Positions 47,201 through 55,234 are shown, numbered from the stretch's first letter. The stretch is 64,000 bases of DNA from Strigamia acuminata (GCA_949358305.1 OX442314.1:26908001-26972000); one strand, 5' to 3'. Notes: generated by a model from the letters alone, not told the origin. Numbers and translations are program-made.

Positions 47201-47663
47201 CCAAATTGTTTAGCATACTTGAATCTAGCCACAACTGAGTGTAATTAAAAGCTTTGGTAGCACACTTTAGAATCCCTTTCACTCCATTCCCACAATTTAT
47301 AATATCGTCTGCGCCAACTGTTGTTGATAGCCAATATGGAGCCAAAGTTGCGGTATCTAATCCTGCCAACATATAGCCAGCTATTTTTAGTTCTTTCGTT
47401 TCTTTATATTCAATCTCAACTTTAATTGGGTTAGACAAGTAGTGTTGCACTCTTCGGCATGTCTGATAACAACAAATGGTCGAGCAAAGCGTTACTGCAA
47501 CCAGCCATGAAATGCGAACTGCAACGGATTTCTGTTTGTCCAATAACTTATTCATTATTGGCAGAGATGTCTTCTCGATTGAACTTGCAATTTCTTTTCT
47601 GCACAGATGCCGAATGCGTTTTTTTTTCATGTTGAAAATTCTTAAATTTCCGTTACGTCTCAT
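4921..47663 (-). CDS. DEG/ENaC (pickpocket/ASIC-like) channel gene copy A, 11 exons, ~820 aa, two fused subunit domains
   Basis: Manual join of 47663-47181, 30962-30845, 30372-30296, 24850-24761, 24404-24301, 24182-23345, 22662-22587, 22521-22433, 20980-20879, 5460-5351, 5296-4921 gives 2463 nt. All introns are GT-AG, phases are compatible and there is no internal stop. There are two TM1 regions (RISWLVAVTLC..YLSNPIKV; RFVCLIVLL..YYSEPIKV), two Cys-rich thumbs (CGCLRPC; CDCRPTC) and two TM2 with GxS (DFGGNLGFSLGLS; DLANAFGLLFGLS). Confidence 0.82.
5351..5460 (-). CDS. Copy A exon 10 (thumb of domain 2, CHDKCF..SCR)
   Basis: 110 nt, CG|GTAAGT donor in phase 2; paralog exon 52266-52157. Confidence 0.82.
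5517..8146 (-). repeat. 3' LTR of Gypsy 1, interrupted by a MULE insertion
   Basis: Matches 18774-20347 plus 1056 extra bp; purine tract CCGGGGGATG (minus) at 8147-8156. Confidence 0.95.
6704..7750 (+). mobile_element. Internally deleted Mutator-like (MULE) DNA transposon
   Basis: 9-bp TSD AATATAAAC; subterminal inverted ACCCCCATTTTGACTA; transposase remnants DRVFHPICVAVCKYETTDDFAFLF and C-terminal RKRGRPAKAKRAL. Confidence 0.85.
8862..10355 (-). CDS. Accessory ORF of Gypsy 1 (~497 aa, Cys-rich zinc-binding motifs, no TM), function unknown
   Basis: Open ORF between integrase and the 3' LTR; the ATG lies 1 nt after a tttgtttag acceptor; motifs CPFCVGCG, CPNCRGT, HCPIC. Confidence 0.75.
   Translation of the reverse strand: MGSNKHHSKRSHRRHQRSTSSSSSTSTEKEQRRSAEQNLIRLQQIAPVPTFNLTPLQLAALNWIGSHPECLPPNMQENAPLLTKVLPGISAQLTISEPAPMAQLAPLAQLVHPPTNVISVPLAPHTPVFQPPVASVPPIVANTSAASIPVTTVAANPGWIPAGAESSASSSGWTEPPPGAFRIPASTTRSREQRMAFKAKKKDEAARLRREQCARDIAQGIPHDNIVTDQATETICPFCVGCGWCCGASAGSSLMRCPNCRGTKVRPRSEPWRKEVEPHVVKGMKPNEKRCWAHCPICRVFLNARGEAVYIDPRFLTKERAAANAGLTVEAFRHPPSSNVSEVSDETVQEAESVEEEVVTRPRTMSRGRGCLTLDRAKAIAQEQRQNIVARGRARRLQKIVTEQNKRPEVPPVAKSEISDESKYEDAEENPISIVDFVADLLEDLPFPPPSPEEVEKPEEAVFSAVSTEATEESSDFLTSTEVEKPVEKSTDVEKKE
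11419..15347 (-). pseudogene. pol: Pol of Gypsy 1 (PR, RT, RNase H, integrase), frameshifted
   Basis: ALMDTGAS protease, YLDD RT, TDAS..ADALSR RNase H, HHCC plus DLMGP..SDNG..ERANR integrase; split across ORFs 14274-15347, 13114-14385 and 11419-13020. Confidence 0.92.
15556..15596 (-). promoter_or_regulatory. Programmed -1 ribosomal frameshift signal (Gypsy 1)
   Basis: A_AAA_AAC immediately before the gag TAG, a 7-nt spacer and hairpin GGGGG-ATGAA..TTCAT..CCCCC. Confidence 0.75.
15587..17657 (-). CDS. gag: Gag of Gypsy 1 (Asn/Gly/Gln-rich N-terminal half plus capsid-like domain), split by a +1 homopolymer indel at ~16380
   Basis: ORFs 16314-17798 (ATG at 17657) and 15587-16348; capsid-like IPVFSG..A.SW..W..F...FRGRF; removing one A from the A7 run joins the two ORFs. 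Confidence 0.8.
18754..18771 (-). promoter_or_regulatory. Primer-binding site, tRNA-Gln type
   Basis: TGGAGGTTCTACCGAGAT lies 2 nt from the 5' LTR and is complementary to an animal tRNA-Gln 3' end (ATCTCGGTRGAACCTCCA). Confidence 0.8.
18774..20347 (-). repeat. 5' LTR of Gypsy 1 (1574 bp)
   Basis: About 10 substitutions versus the 3' LTR by eye; minus-strand TATATAA at 20007-20013 with nearby CCAAT boxes. Confidence 0.95.
20879..20980 (-). CDS. Copy A exon 9 (LYLRPP...SSFE)
   Basis: 102 nt, ttttgcag| acceptor; paralog exon 52721-52620. Confidence 0.78.
21332..22238. mobile_element. Mutator-type MITE containing a 21-bp minisatellite
   Basis: ~57-bp TIR GGCTCTGAACAAAACGCAGGG..; 9-bp TSD ACGTCTACC; absent in the paralog near 54120. 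Confidence 0.9.
21697..21921. repeat. 21-bp tandem repeat (TTTTGATAATTTTTAGTTTTA)n
   Basis: About 10 copies visible. Confidence 0.9.
22433..22521 (-). CDS. Copy A exon 8 (EPLKYAG...GLWQ)
   Basis: 89 nt, CAG|GTAAGA donor; paralog exon 54752-54667. Confidence 0.78.
22587..22662 (-). CDS. Copy A exon 7 (..LHSGTCLEFTI)
   Basis: 76 nt, phase 0 to 1; GxC motif of the DEG/ENaC ectodomain; paralog exon 54900-54816. Confidence 0.75.
22836..23213 (-). mobile_element. Probable solo LTR (378 bp) in intron 6 of copy A
   Basis: TGTGA..TCACA termini; imperfect 4-bp TSD AATT/AGTT; minus-strand TATATAA; absent from the paralog. Confidence 0.65.
23345..24182 (-). CDS. Copy A exon 6: thumb and TM2 of domain 1, linker, TM1 of domain 2
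   Basis: 838 nt within ORF 23267-24172; AAG|GTAAGT donor; the paralog exon 56072-55235 has identical length. Confidence 0.9.
24301..24404 (-). CDS. Copy A exon 5 (Cys-rich thumb, CYEECL..ECR)
   Basis: 104 nt, ends in phase 2 CG|GTTAGT; paralog exon 56775-56672. Confidence 0.82.
24761..24850 (-). CDS. Copy A exon 4 (IMAVNP...YHSRQ)
   Basis: 90 nt, tttttgatag| acceptor, CAG|GTATCT donor; positional counterpart of exon 9. Confidence 0.7.
25205..25430. repeat. 15-bp repeats (ATCGGCGACGAAACG), likely a DNA-transposon subterminal array
   Basis: About 7 tandem copies plus a second cluster; flanked by a ~55-bp direct repeat (25110-25163 and 25432-25446/29894-29930). Confidence 0.6.
25447..29888 (-). 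mobile_element. Full-length Ty3/Gypsy element 2 (short LTRs, single gag-pol ORF, Mag-like) in intron 3 of copy A
   Basis: Identical 124-bp LTRs at 25447-25570 and 29765-29888; 5-bp TSD ATACC; PBS TGGTGTCAGAAGTG (tRNA-Leu-like) at 29751-29764; PPT at 25571-25584. Confidence 0.96.
25724..29689 (-). CDS. gag-pol: Gag-Pol polyprotein of Gypsy 2 with one in-frame TAA at 26750-26752
   Basis: Two CCHC knuckles, LDSGA protease, SIDD RT, DASS RNase H, integrase SDNGPQY; ORFs 26750-29719 and 25724-26743 are in the same frame. Confidence 0.92.
30296..30372 (-). CDS. Copy A exon 3 (DLSMAEG...KPGLM)
   Basis: 77 nt, phase 1 to 0, ATG|GTGAGA donor; the paralog exon 61393-61317 has the same length. Confidence 0.75.
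30718..30812 (-). mobile_element. 95-bp MULE miniature with the same termini as 6704-7750
   Basis: GGCAACATATT and ..AAATCGGACCC ends; 9-bp TSD TTTTTTCTA; absent in the paralog near 61785. Confidence 0.9.
30845..30962 (-). CDS. Copy A exon 2 (YKKS...MGAALIFKT)
   Basis: tttttag| acceptor, G|GTAATA donor, 118 nt; the paralog exon 61932-61815 has the same length. Confidence 0.75.
31797..31950. repeat. ~19-bp GC-rich tandem repeat (AGAGGGGCGCTGGGC..)
   Basis: About 7 degenerate copies. Confidence 0.8.
33460..37140 (-). CDS. Predicted spliced accessory gene of Gypsy 3 (exon 37140-37054 plus 36207-33460, one in-frame TGA at 35710-35712), function unknown
   Basis: gccATGG start, CAG|GTAGAA donor, tctccatccttccag|ATG acceptor in phase 0; ORFs 35710-36231 and 33460-35700 are in the same frame. 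Confidence 0.65.
37621..41691 (-). CDS. pol: Pol of Gypsy 3 (PR-RT-RH-IN), intact, -1 frame relative to gag
   Basis: LLDSGAD, YLDD, TDAS, HHCC, DVMGP..SDNG..VERLNR, KRDGPY. Confidence 0.96.
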   Translation of the reverse strand: MKKKGFNKGFDKPPPVKEMGSDIANAQIQDRANNALQVITANAEAEAEEPNLLLEELPQVVEDTEEFRVFMCNVAVEYTNRLCMLPMTIEREKIMGLLDSGADRSFVSEDIVASLGLTDKIKGVNKNIRLKTANGMARPKGVILLTMEWLGGVEQHPFLVLPTCDRIFLLGLDLMASMEIQPNPITKSWNYIRNDKERPAIVVPPALVKEAADKTQWEKGLKKFVQDYDFKAFVTELQRDNVVETLVADAALELNEAAALRRVLLKYEGILSKKPGRTNRAIHEIKLTDNKPIRVAYKGMNPQKREIVQKMCQEMLDSGIVSEAQGEYATRVVLVMRPGSNPRLCIDYRPLNAVTEIDPIQMPSIESILRELSPFSWVTTMDLSKGYWQVEMRPEDKIKTAFYSPIGRLMFNVMPFGLVNAPSTFQRLIESVLGDILHQFVWAYLDDIVIASKTFEEHIEHIDQVLTRLAKAGLHVHPGKSKFCRKELAFLGYRIGVNGLAIGPEKIDAINRFPPPEDVKGVQRFMGMINFFGRLLPGLAEVAAPVTDLLKNENEFVWSNECNIAFNAIKRMLTEVGVMPLPDLNRPFILHTDASRVGLGAALLQTHVRDGVEQDLPCMFISRKLQGAEKNYNATELECLAVVWAIRKFRDYLEYTKFVVHTDHQALQWLMKLKEPAGRLARWQLELMACDLTIQYKPGKYNVVADALSRAPVSDPIDTDDDGEDDSRIIYCPTSCHRWDLRKMNEIPTASPADVKFCGFWTRLYQPAADNYPNAKKEFKLERRINDPLLSAFHAHVGKQMQSNPPTREEIIVQQKLDKKCQDRARFVLTGKYPPNLTRRQKRRYAHESIDYLLDDGLLVKHHPNHQDDLSESDTAVKVVIPASLIGRVLWLLHGHPLASHAGVSRTLYRATQLFHWTGMKKDIALFVHQCQRCQACKPKSKSPFETIFLGPYAPFDCLSVDVMGPKPVTGNKNAYIIVIMDVATRWPELYAVARPSAEKIVECIYDVALRYGFPRKIISDNGPQFISKIWGKFCEKFRIVASHTSTYNPRTNPVERLNRDIKYALSIFTDIHNRWDEYLREIAFSIRTTVSRTRDFSPAYLNFARELRVPWDPRVAESVNVVDPEKPHEYVYKLEQTISNTYKHMMAHIFNMRDRILQDKSGGKFVNFEINDLVWKDAHTLSNAARGITASLADKRDGPYVIIGKHGGNAYKLRKLEDNTEQKSIQVRELTPYIPEFPQEMWAKGQVKSKTDGQIVDMFAGESEQAPPSDNEEYFDAPSPPVNEIVESVPDPILVGGETGETPETNTKNTDKKENNNEEVQTQKTTKNIVPASIRNLRPKRDNPFIEGGKVVGKK
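41697..41760 (-). promoter_or_regulatory. Programmed -1 ribosomal frameshift signal (Gypsy 3)
   Basis: Two A_AAA_AAC heptamers, a 6-nt spacer and stem GCGCAGGCGG/CCGTCTGCGC; the -1 frame is open into pol. Confidence 0.85.
41715..44798 (-). CDS. gag: Gag of Gypsy 3 (1027 aa, long Arg/Ser/Glu-rich N-terminus, C-terminal CCHC)
   Basis: Capsid-like SAREWY..W..F..RFDLRY; knuckle CFKCNQPGHYSNEC. Confidence 0.92.
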   Translation of the reverse strand: MADNIRVTDSDSDANKRAGSRKGADYHLRSGGPLPKASAHESRQKRRKAKPDRRSASEASHPSHAETRQRLDETERSEDPSHSKPPRLHRDGETSGNEVLSRNQSPRLTHDTEVNDPRATSSIQRTASDTTANSALNTPITHSRPASVVSEGHKSNSSSVKRVSSQPYSVSGTLIDAMQLAQAEGVRYTLPTGKITVYETLQIVRAALKAHSVSPQITIVEGAHAQQLVDSAQFEADAENEARQAIRERRRKLAEREAQALEYGRTQPNPTTPEEVEIVDRALRAHRYAFHSQQEAERAFMARLRRDDPKSVRKPEVSSSELSDESLEGDPKRTPKAKPKPQPERATPATPSKRDASAREQQTRPRMKALDSATNNAITRLINANNARRNEEQALTSQQQDNPQGTEWQQPVPILKDDESSRRQSHDRTSSRGEGKRDERPKYYRYGNSDSSSDGLESNAPSHHDSERGSGERRRERERDERRERERDDRRRGRKESNSSRRNPPRRSPSPDPSSDPSSNDDRRKEKSSNRRKRSNSPRDREKRRRSENSDHRREEFQDLPRQSAFTDSTGRQYTMGELGRALLGSLKAEGIDLSKRNDRNRSTGDRVKKKYAVSRRDTMSVTGNIRWQFYIQNRFDGSWKAGDRFLDEVIRIKTATKATVGDMLTHGIVELMTGSAREWYQGLKGVNWDDFLMRFDLRYGETPEEVSRKMRGLRQMPGETIMDYDIRARLLFEKAPMEFHATGFNLFFLGGLSEYSQRVLLEERAPTGGSYEEMSAFLFENTIDIEKRYYSALPEAEKAATAKRLKLSAERYGATDKIMRPTEYLSGIMELAEASVGLQIKNKLTSTLPSNPLAAPKKAPTASAMQATLEEVKEGEEAGQDAGKSDEKEEKDDYSTDEEIRSYRDTLSTGCDEEGPLVHLIHRDRAVEEFRARLKPNAGRIPKYFRKNYTPPSKADPEKKKSTEAPRDKSNIRCFKCNQPGHYSNECPRTAKEDAKFDAIMKQMAEIKLAMAKNESKNESAQAAKK
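46031..46478. mobile_element. hAT-type MITE with an internal 20-21 bp minisatellite (TTTTAGACGAAAACGAATACG)
   Basis: 8-bp TSD CTTAAGAC; TATCGG subterminal repeats; left TIR eroded. Confidence 0.75.
46520..46950 (+). mobile_element. Copia 5' fragment (degenerate PBS plus gag start)
   Basis: GGTTATTATGGGTCCAG resembles the copia GGTTATGGGCCCAG PBS; followed by MADLNEHGFTQIEKLDKNYST*RWKVMILLEKHGIL; boundaries approximate. Confidence 0.65.
47181..47663 (-). CDS. Copy A exon 1: N-terminus and TM1 of subunit domain 1
   Basis: ORF 47151-47663; hydrophobic TM1 followed by YLSNPIKVEIEY; donor CAA|GTAAGA; an alternative ATG lies at 47630. Confidence 0.85.
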
Positions 47664-49513
47664 AATCCTGGTGCTTTTTTTTGTCAGTATTGAATTTCTT
47701 TTCAGTTTTTTAAATTGTTCTCTGGTAGAAACGCATTAATTCCACACTGATCTGAACGTAGTTAGAAAATTTCCTATTAATTAAAACTTGCGTTGATTTT
47801 TTACATCTTTGTAATTAATTTTTTTTTGAAATCTTAATATTTCTAAAAGTTACTGGCCTTACCCTAAAGCCGCCGCTGACAACGTGCTTCAAATTGTTCG
47901 ATGAAGTTATTCGTCGTGATAAATCCAGAGCACTTGTCAGTCCAGTTCTATAGCTTGAAAATAAACATACATTGGGTAAATTGTGTGTATGCATACAGGT
48001 TGTCAGCCGAAGTGTCCCAAGCAGAGAGAATTAATAGATGTTGCCATGGGCTTGTTGTTGAATGTTGGGTTAGGCGTAATGTTGCATAAAAATGATATTA
48101 AAATGTCGTTAATTAGATATTCGAGACAAGCTATTTAATGGCTTTCTTGTTTACAACTTTACAGTTTTTATGACTGTAAAATTTTTATGACTGAAAAATT
48201 ATCAACATTAAAATTAAAAAGGAAGTTTCTTAACGACATGAATTTCCTTTGGCACAAAATAGCTATCAGTAAGTAAAAACTCGATGAGAATAAAGAGCGA
48301 GTTTGAAACTTTACTACAACCGTGACGGTGTTAAAACTTCTGACCAAGTGCTTTTTCCGCAGTCGAATTTTATTAATACAGAGTAACAACAGGAAAACTG
48401 TAACCAATTAACAATAAAGTTAAACTTAAAAATATATTATACAGTTCACTTATTGTTATTGCATTCCAAAATGTACATACAATAATGCATTGTATAATAC
48501 AATTGAAAAAATGCATTAGAAAATGCATTCTTATTAATGAGAATGCATTTCATAATATACTTTTTGCAAAATTTGTTATGATTTTCAATCCAATACATTC
48601 CAATAGATTTCCAAATGACTGCCGAAAGTACAATGCAGAGATTGGCTAATCTTGTAACTAAATTCCAAGAAATTTTTGCGACTTTTTCAAAATTTGCTTT
48701 AAAAAAATTTTTTTTTGATATTAAATGCATTTCGCACTTTAATCGCAGGTATTGGATCACTATTAAACATGCCTGAATGTAAGGTATATTTGCTCCAAAT
48801 AATTTTATAAAAAGATGTAGCTAGAGCTGAAGCGTTTTTGACGAGGAAGTTAACCATTTTTTCGCCAGGTGGCAATAGTATCAAAATACTTTCGAGCTGG
48901 AGTGCGTGGTTCGCAGCGAGATCAACAGGCCCATAATAGTCAACTATTTTTTAATCAGGTGGCAATAGCAGCAATGTACTAGCCAAAATGGTAAATTGTA
49001 TAACGGTAAAAAGAAAGTGTATTTAAAAAAAGTGTAAATGATAAAATATTGCAATATTTAACCACATACAGTAGGTGTCTGATGTATTTCAAACCTCGCA
49101 CCACATTAAACTAATGGGTTCAAATGAAAATGATAATGCTAAAATGCGCCAGGTTAAAACCGATTAGTATCAATAAATTATTTTCTTCTCTTTAATTTTA
49201 TTTTATTTATTCACTTATTTATTTATTACCTGTTAGGTTGTTACATAACTACTAAAATGAATCGGTATACAACAATGATGAAAGAGACAGACGACACATA
49301 ATGACTTTTAAAGGTACGATTTTACAATTATGCAATGTGATTTCAGTCTTGCAACAAAGTATTGTTTAATTACAAATCAATGCGAGTTCAAATTCTTTGG
49401 AGTACGTTAAAACAAGCGATTTGCAATTGTGGTATTATCGGTATTTTAACAAACCATTTATTGCTATCATTATCTGTTAAAGTGCATTTATTTTTATTTT
49501 TATATTGTTATAT

Positions 49514-51251
49514 TGTGACGATTCTACTTTTGGGCTAATTTATTAGTCCTTTGAGATAGATAATTCGGTTTATACAAGACGTTGCTAAGTTTAGCAACAA
49601 CCTAACCGAGATAAGCTACGGAAGTCTTTACAAACATGAATATGTGATCAAGTAGAAATAACTTACAGTTTTAGTGTGACATAACATATTTATTATTAAA
49701 TATTAACAATAACAAAGATGGGTTCTTGACGCGTGTAAACGGGCGGCATCAACTGGTTGAGGATCCGGGCGAAGCCAAAGGGATACGGCTGACTTGCGGC
49801 ATCGTCACAAATATCGCTACGGAGACGTATTTGGTCCGCAGCTCGAGTATCTAATAATGCGAAGAGTCCTTCGCATAAGTAGGAATATTCAGCAGAATAT
49901 TCCATGTTCCAAATGAATAAAAGTAAAGTAATTAGTGGAATACAACAAATGAATTGTTGTATAAATATTAATTGGGCGGGGACCGTCACGACAATTGAGA
50001 GAACGTCGCGGGAGTTGTTGAGACTCCATCCGCCAGCATGCCTTACGACGACAAGATCTCGTGATCAGGCGCCGAGTATTTAATTGTGTGCTTTAACTCG
50101 CTATCGGTGGTACCAACCACCAGGTAAACATTTCTATGGACTTACCGGGTTTAAAAGATATTGCCAATACAGGATTACCAATGCCCGAGTAATTTGTTTA
50201 ACACGACATATTTTATATATCGTTCACGGGTTATTAACCCGGAGGGTACAATGGGGCGGGGACCGTCACGACGGTCGAGAGAACCATCGCGGGAGGATTT
50301 GACTCCTCCATCCGCCAGCATGCCTTACGATGGCGGGATCCACTGATCGAGCACCGGGTAAAATATTAATCGGCCACTGCCGTTGGATTACCATTATCCA
50401 GGTAGTTATTTATCGCAACATCTTGAAGATATTACTCACGGGCTACCAACCCGGCGTGTCACCTGTGCATTAGGCCTTTACCGACTTTTAACGAGCGGAA
50501 GGACCAATCGTAGAAAGACGGGAACCTGCGAGGGCTTTTACAACAGCCATCCTGCAGCGGACTGAGGCCAGTTAGCTGAGGGACCTACTTTCATTTAGCA
50601 AGGTCGTACTGTATACGACCGTTATATTAAGCCACCGTACGAAATCCTACTGTCCCGTAGAACAGCTGGCTAACGTTACGGGGCCATTTCATGCGGATGC
50701 ATGTCTATTACCGGAGTTAGCCTTCCCGAAAAGGCCCTACAACAACAATAACAATAGTAATGAATACCGATTGTGGAGAGCTGAGGTGGCCTGATGTGTC
50801 GATAAGAAAGTGAAATCAAACGATAACAACAATTCAATTACAGACATTTACAGTTATCAAGCCAGGGGGGTTACTGGGTGAAAACTGATGCTTATATAGT
50901 TCTGTAGAACTACTAGATTGGCGACAGCCAATCAGCATACGAATCGGCGGATTCGTGGGTCACTAGTCCGGACCTAATATATGACTATGTCCAGATGGGC
51001 CCAGTTGGGGTCCGGAAGGGTCCAGTTGGTTCCCTTCGACAGGTAAGTAGCGTGGATATTGATTCAACAGAATCAACATCATCAAGTAATTAATACTTAG
51101 TTTATGTCGAATAAAATAGTTATATTTTATTCACCGTGTCTAAATAATTATTTATCACACTTTTTAGTTTTATCGAGTTTGAATTACGCGCGTTTGGTAA
51201 ACAGCGCCATCTATTGTGAACATTGATAAATACGGATTTGTAATCATCACA
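49514..51251 (-). mobile_element. Solo LTR of a family related to Gypsy 1
   Basis: TGTGACG..TCACA termini; 4-bp TSD ATAT; collinear similarity to 18774-20347; absent from the paralogous flank near 4460. Confidence 0.92.
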
Positions 51252-52897
51252 ATATGTATAGACTTCTACTTAAGTAAACCAACTAATACGATAACCTGAA
51301 TATGCTGATGCAGGGTGTAACAAATTTCAAGAATTGAAGTGGGTGTTTTTATTCAGCTAAAGATACGAAAAGAAGTTTGAGTATTAGACAATTGATACAC
51401 TGCAAAATGTAGAGAAATGCACTAGGAACCAGCGTTTGGTGGGTCACAAAAGCAATTTTTTTTAACTTTTAGAGGAGGTTGAACAACAAGTCACAGTTGT
51501 ACAAATAAATAAGTAAGTAGGTAGTAAAGGAAATCAAAAGGGAAAACAAAACATATTTTGATGATGGGTTGACATTTTCTAGCTAGTCAATAAGTATTGC
51601 TATAAAAATTCATTGCGCTGGGGATAAAGTAGGTTGCTAAAATGTTCTAGTATCTATGCATTAATCTGCAGAATTGGATTTAGAACTCAACATATACCAC
51701 AATTGATATAATACCTGGTACTTAAGAAAAATAATTTTTAACAGTTGTGTAGCAGTTTTGAAACAACTCTGGTATGATGAGCAACGATAGACCGAACAAT
51801 AAACCAAAGGCATTTGCCAAATCACAGAAAAGAGCTTCAGGCTGTATTTAAGAATTTCAACATATTGCTCGATGAAATTTGTAGCTGGCATTATTAAAAC
51901 AATAGATACAGTTGATGCATTAGGATGCTGAAAATAAAGGTTTGTTTGGTGAATAACTTTCTTGCAAGTAGGCCGACAGTCACATTCTCCTTTTGTGCGG
52001 ATATTCAGAGACAAATAAATGAATTTTGCCAACACTTCTTTAGCTTCTGATGCAGACTTGCACGTGTTTGTGAATATATTATTGGTAAATGGTAACCTAG
52101 TCGATAATTCAAATTAAAATAATATAATTCAGTATGTCATGCGACTGCTAATATACCGGCACGAGATTAATTCGAATAATTTGTCTTGAAAGCATTTGTC
52201 GTGGCATTGTATATATTCTTCTTCCTTTTCAATACATGGGCGTGATTTCAAATTCAGTGAAATTTTCTGTAAGTGTAGAGAATTGGTTAAATTACTCTGA
52301 AGTGTTCTTTTCATGTTATGCGATTTTACATTACAACAAGTAGTTAAACACTAATTTAATTTATAGCTACTGTATTCAGGTTTTTTTGGGAGGTGGAGGA
52401 TAATATGAGTAAAAAATTTGGCGGGGGATTGTTAGTTTATTCCTGGTTAAGGTTTAGCTTTGGAATCCAATCCAAACAGGAAACACGAAAGGTTCTGGTT
52501 TTTGTTAATAATATAATCATAATATCAAGATATTTAGATTGCCTTATCATGTGTGGTATTTTTGGAATTATTCTATAAAAAATGGAAATTATTTGTCATA
52601 TAAGTATAATATATTTTACTTCGAAAGACGATATTTGCAGTATTGACATGGTAGAGAAATCGATGTTCCGTCGACTTGTAAGAATAGATTGGATTTTAGC
52701 TTCAGGTGGACGAAGGTACAACTACAAATTTAAAATAAAAATTAAAAAAAACTTGAAGCTATCCGATAATATAAAACGACACATTCATTATTTACACAGC
52801 ATGTAGTAATGTAAGTGGGGAGAACCACATTATGCTGTGGCGTAGCAAGAACGGGCAAGAACGGGCCCGAAAGCAAATTGGGTTTGATGGGCTCTTT

Positions 52898-53967
52898 GGG
52901 GCCGTCCATAAAGAAGGTCACGCTAAAATCGGCTTTTTTTAGACCCCCCCTCCCTCCATGTCACACTACTGTCACACTAAGCTTCACCCCCCCTACCCCC
53001 TATGTCACAGTCACGGTTTATTATCATTGGCGCGGATGAATAAGCGCGCTTATTCATTCCGCGCCAGTTATTAAGGGGTTTCATAAATGACACGCTGAAG
53101 GCGCTGAAGTGATTGTTCCAATAATCACAATCACTGCATTATTGAGGACCCACACCAGATCCAAGTGATTATTCCTTAAGTCACATAACTTTTTTTTTTT
53201 TTTTTTTATTATTCTTATTTTTTTAATGTATTTTTGTAACCTATTTATTTATTTTTTTAAATTAAATTAATTATTTATTTTAATTTTTTTAAATATTTAC
53301 AACCAACTCTTATTTCCTTAGTTTAAGCACTCTTCAGCACTAAAAACTCCTTTTCAGACGATTATAAATAAGCGCTGAAACGCTGAAGCGATTATTCATG
53401 TGATTGGCCCATCCAAGTCACATGATAATCGCTTCAGCAGAATAATCGTCATAATCGCTTCAGCGCCTTCAGCGCACCATTTATGAAACCCCTTATTGTA
53501 ACCCTGTCAATTATTTAAAACCAAAAGTTCATACTTAAAATGCAGTCAGTGTTTGTTGTTTCTGATCAAACTTGAACTTCCACCCTTGAATTTCATTTTT
53601 GGCATTTTGGGGAAAGTCATTGCTAGATTTCAAATGCTTCCAGATGTTCGAAACTTCCACATCGCACAGTGATGCCCGTCACACTTTTGTACTACAAAAG
53701 TTGATCGTAAAGCAGTTTGTTTTGATTTGCCATCGTATCAGGCTGAGGAGGAAAACTCCTCACAGGAAGCATTTCCTGTTGCAAAAAGCTCATGGGCTGG
53801 TTACCCTGGCAACCACCCACATGTCTTCAAGTTGTGCCTGAAAGATCTTTGCTTGTGACATCACATTTCCAAGAACCCCCCCCCTTCCCCCTATGTCACA
53901 ATTTGTCACGAGATTGGCTTACCCCTCTCTCCCCCCTAAGACCGTGACCTTCTTTATGGACGGCCCC
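52898..53967. mobile_element. MITE with GGGGCCGTCCATAAAG TIRs (Zator/PIF-like), with a nested MITE at 53075-53492
   Basis: 25-bp perfect TIR; 3-bp TSD TTT; empty site at ~21172; nested TIR GGGGTTTCATAAATG. Confidence 0.85.
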
Positions 53968-54234
53968 TTTATCACAGATGCAGCTGACACACCAGTAAGA
54001 TTTTTCGATACTTACAGGGTCACTTTAAAACCTTCTTTGGCCCTAGGAATTTGTGTCAAAATTTGACTGTTTCTTTTGCGAATCTTTTGTATTAATCTAG
54101 ATTATAGAAAGTAAAATAAATGTCCTTCCCCCCCCCCCTTTGAATTTCTTATAGCATAAAATCATGCCTGACTTGTGACTTTATCAAATAGGGTTGTTTT
54201 GATTTGACCAAGTTTGGCAAAAGAGCTTAATCAT

Positions 54235-54590
54235 TTACCATGTTTACATGTACTCACTTATCCAGATAAGTGAAAATGCGAATATTACTTTCGTGGAAAA
54301 CTGCATGCGTTTACAAAGAATCAGTTTTCTAACAAAGGTGATGTCATAAGACGTTTTTAACTCTCTGTTGTGACGTCAGCTTTTTTAGATAAGTAATGAG
54401 TGGTTGTTTACATTGCAAATGGTACTGCGCAAAACACTCAAAATCTACTGTACCTCAAACAAGTAGATTTTAGTTTTCCAGATTAGTTAAACTTTTCTGG
54501 AAACTGATTTGTTTACATGATCAGTTTTCAAAAAAAGTAAATTTTGCATTTTCACTTATCTAGATACGTGAGTACATGTAAATATGGTAA
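54235..54590. mobile_element. MITE with ~55-bp imperfect TIRs
   Basis: TTACCATGTTTACATGTACTCAC.. is inverted at the right end; absent in the paralog near 22343. Confidence 0.8.
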
Positions 54591-55234
54591 CTGACGGTGT
54601 GTCGTCGATCAGTCATAATCGTCGACGATTTGACCCGAGCTAATTTTTTTTATTCTGTTATCTTACCTGCCACAATCCATCAGAACAGTGACTCCTTACA
54701 TTTATAAGAGCAATAAAGAATGCAGATGCAGCTCCAGCGTACTTAATAGGCTCTAAAACAAAATAAAATGTGTCTTCAATTCTATGTTATATTATTTTTA
54801 TAACTTTCTCTGTACCGATAGTATAGTCCAAGCATGTTCCCGAATGCAGTTGTAAGTCATTGATACTGTACGTGTCATCTGTTGAACTTAACCCGAGTAT
54901 CTGAAATATTGTGAATTTCAGCATTAATTGTAATCTACTGAACCCGAAGTAGATTGCATAAACAAAATAGCAAAAAAAAAATCGTTTTCTGCCTCCAACT
55001 GCAGTGGTTTTGGAACTTGGATGCATACTACAGTAGTAATGTAACTGAAACTGACAAAATTGAAATATTTTTACTTAGTTTGTTCACTTTAAACACTCTT
55101 TATAAAGCACGTGATTTAAAATCCTTCAGGTTCAGTTACCGGTATTCAGTTTATGGTTCCAATAAGCAATAACAATTGGCACACAGAAAGACAAATACTC
55201 AGCGAGCTTACAAATAAACATGAAAAACACTTAC

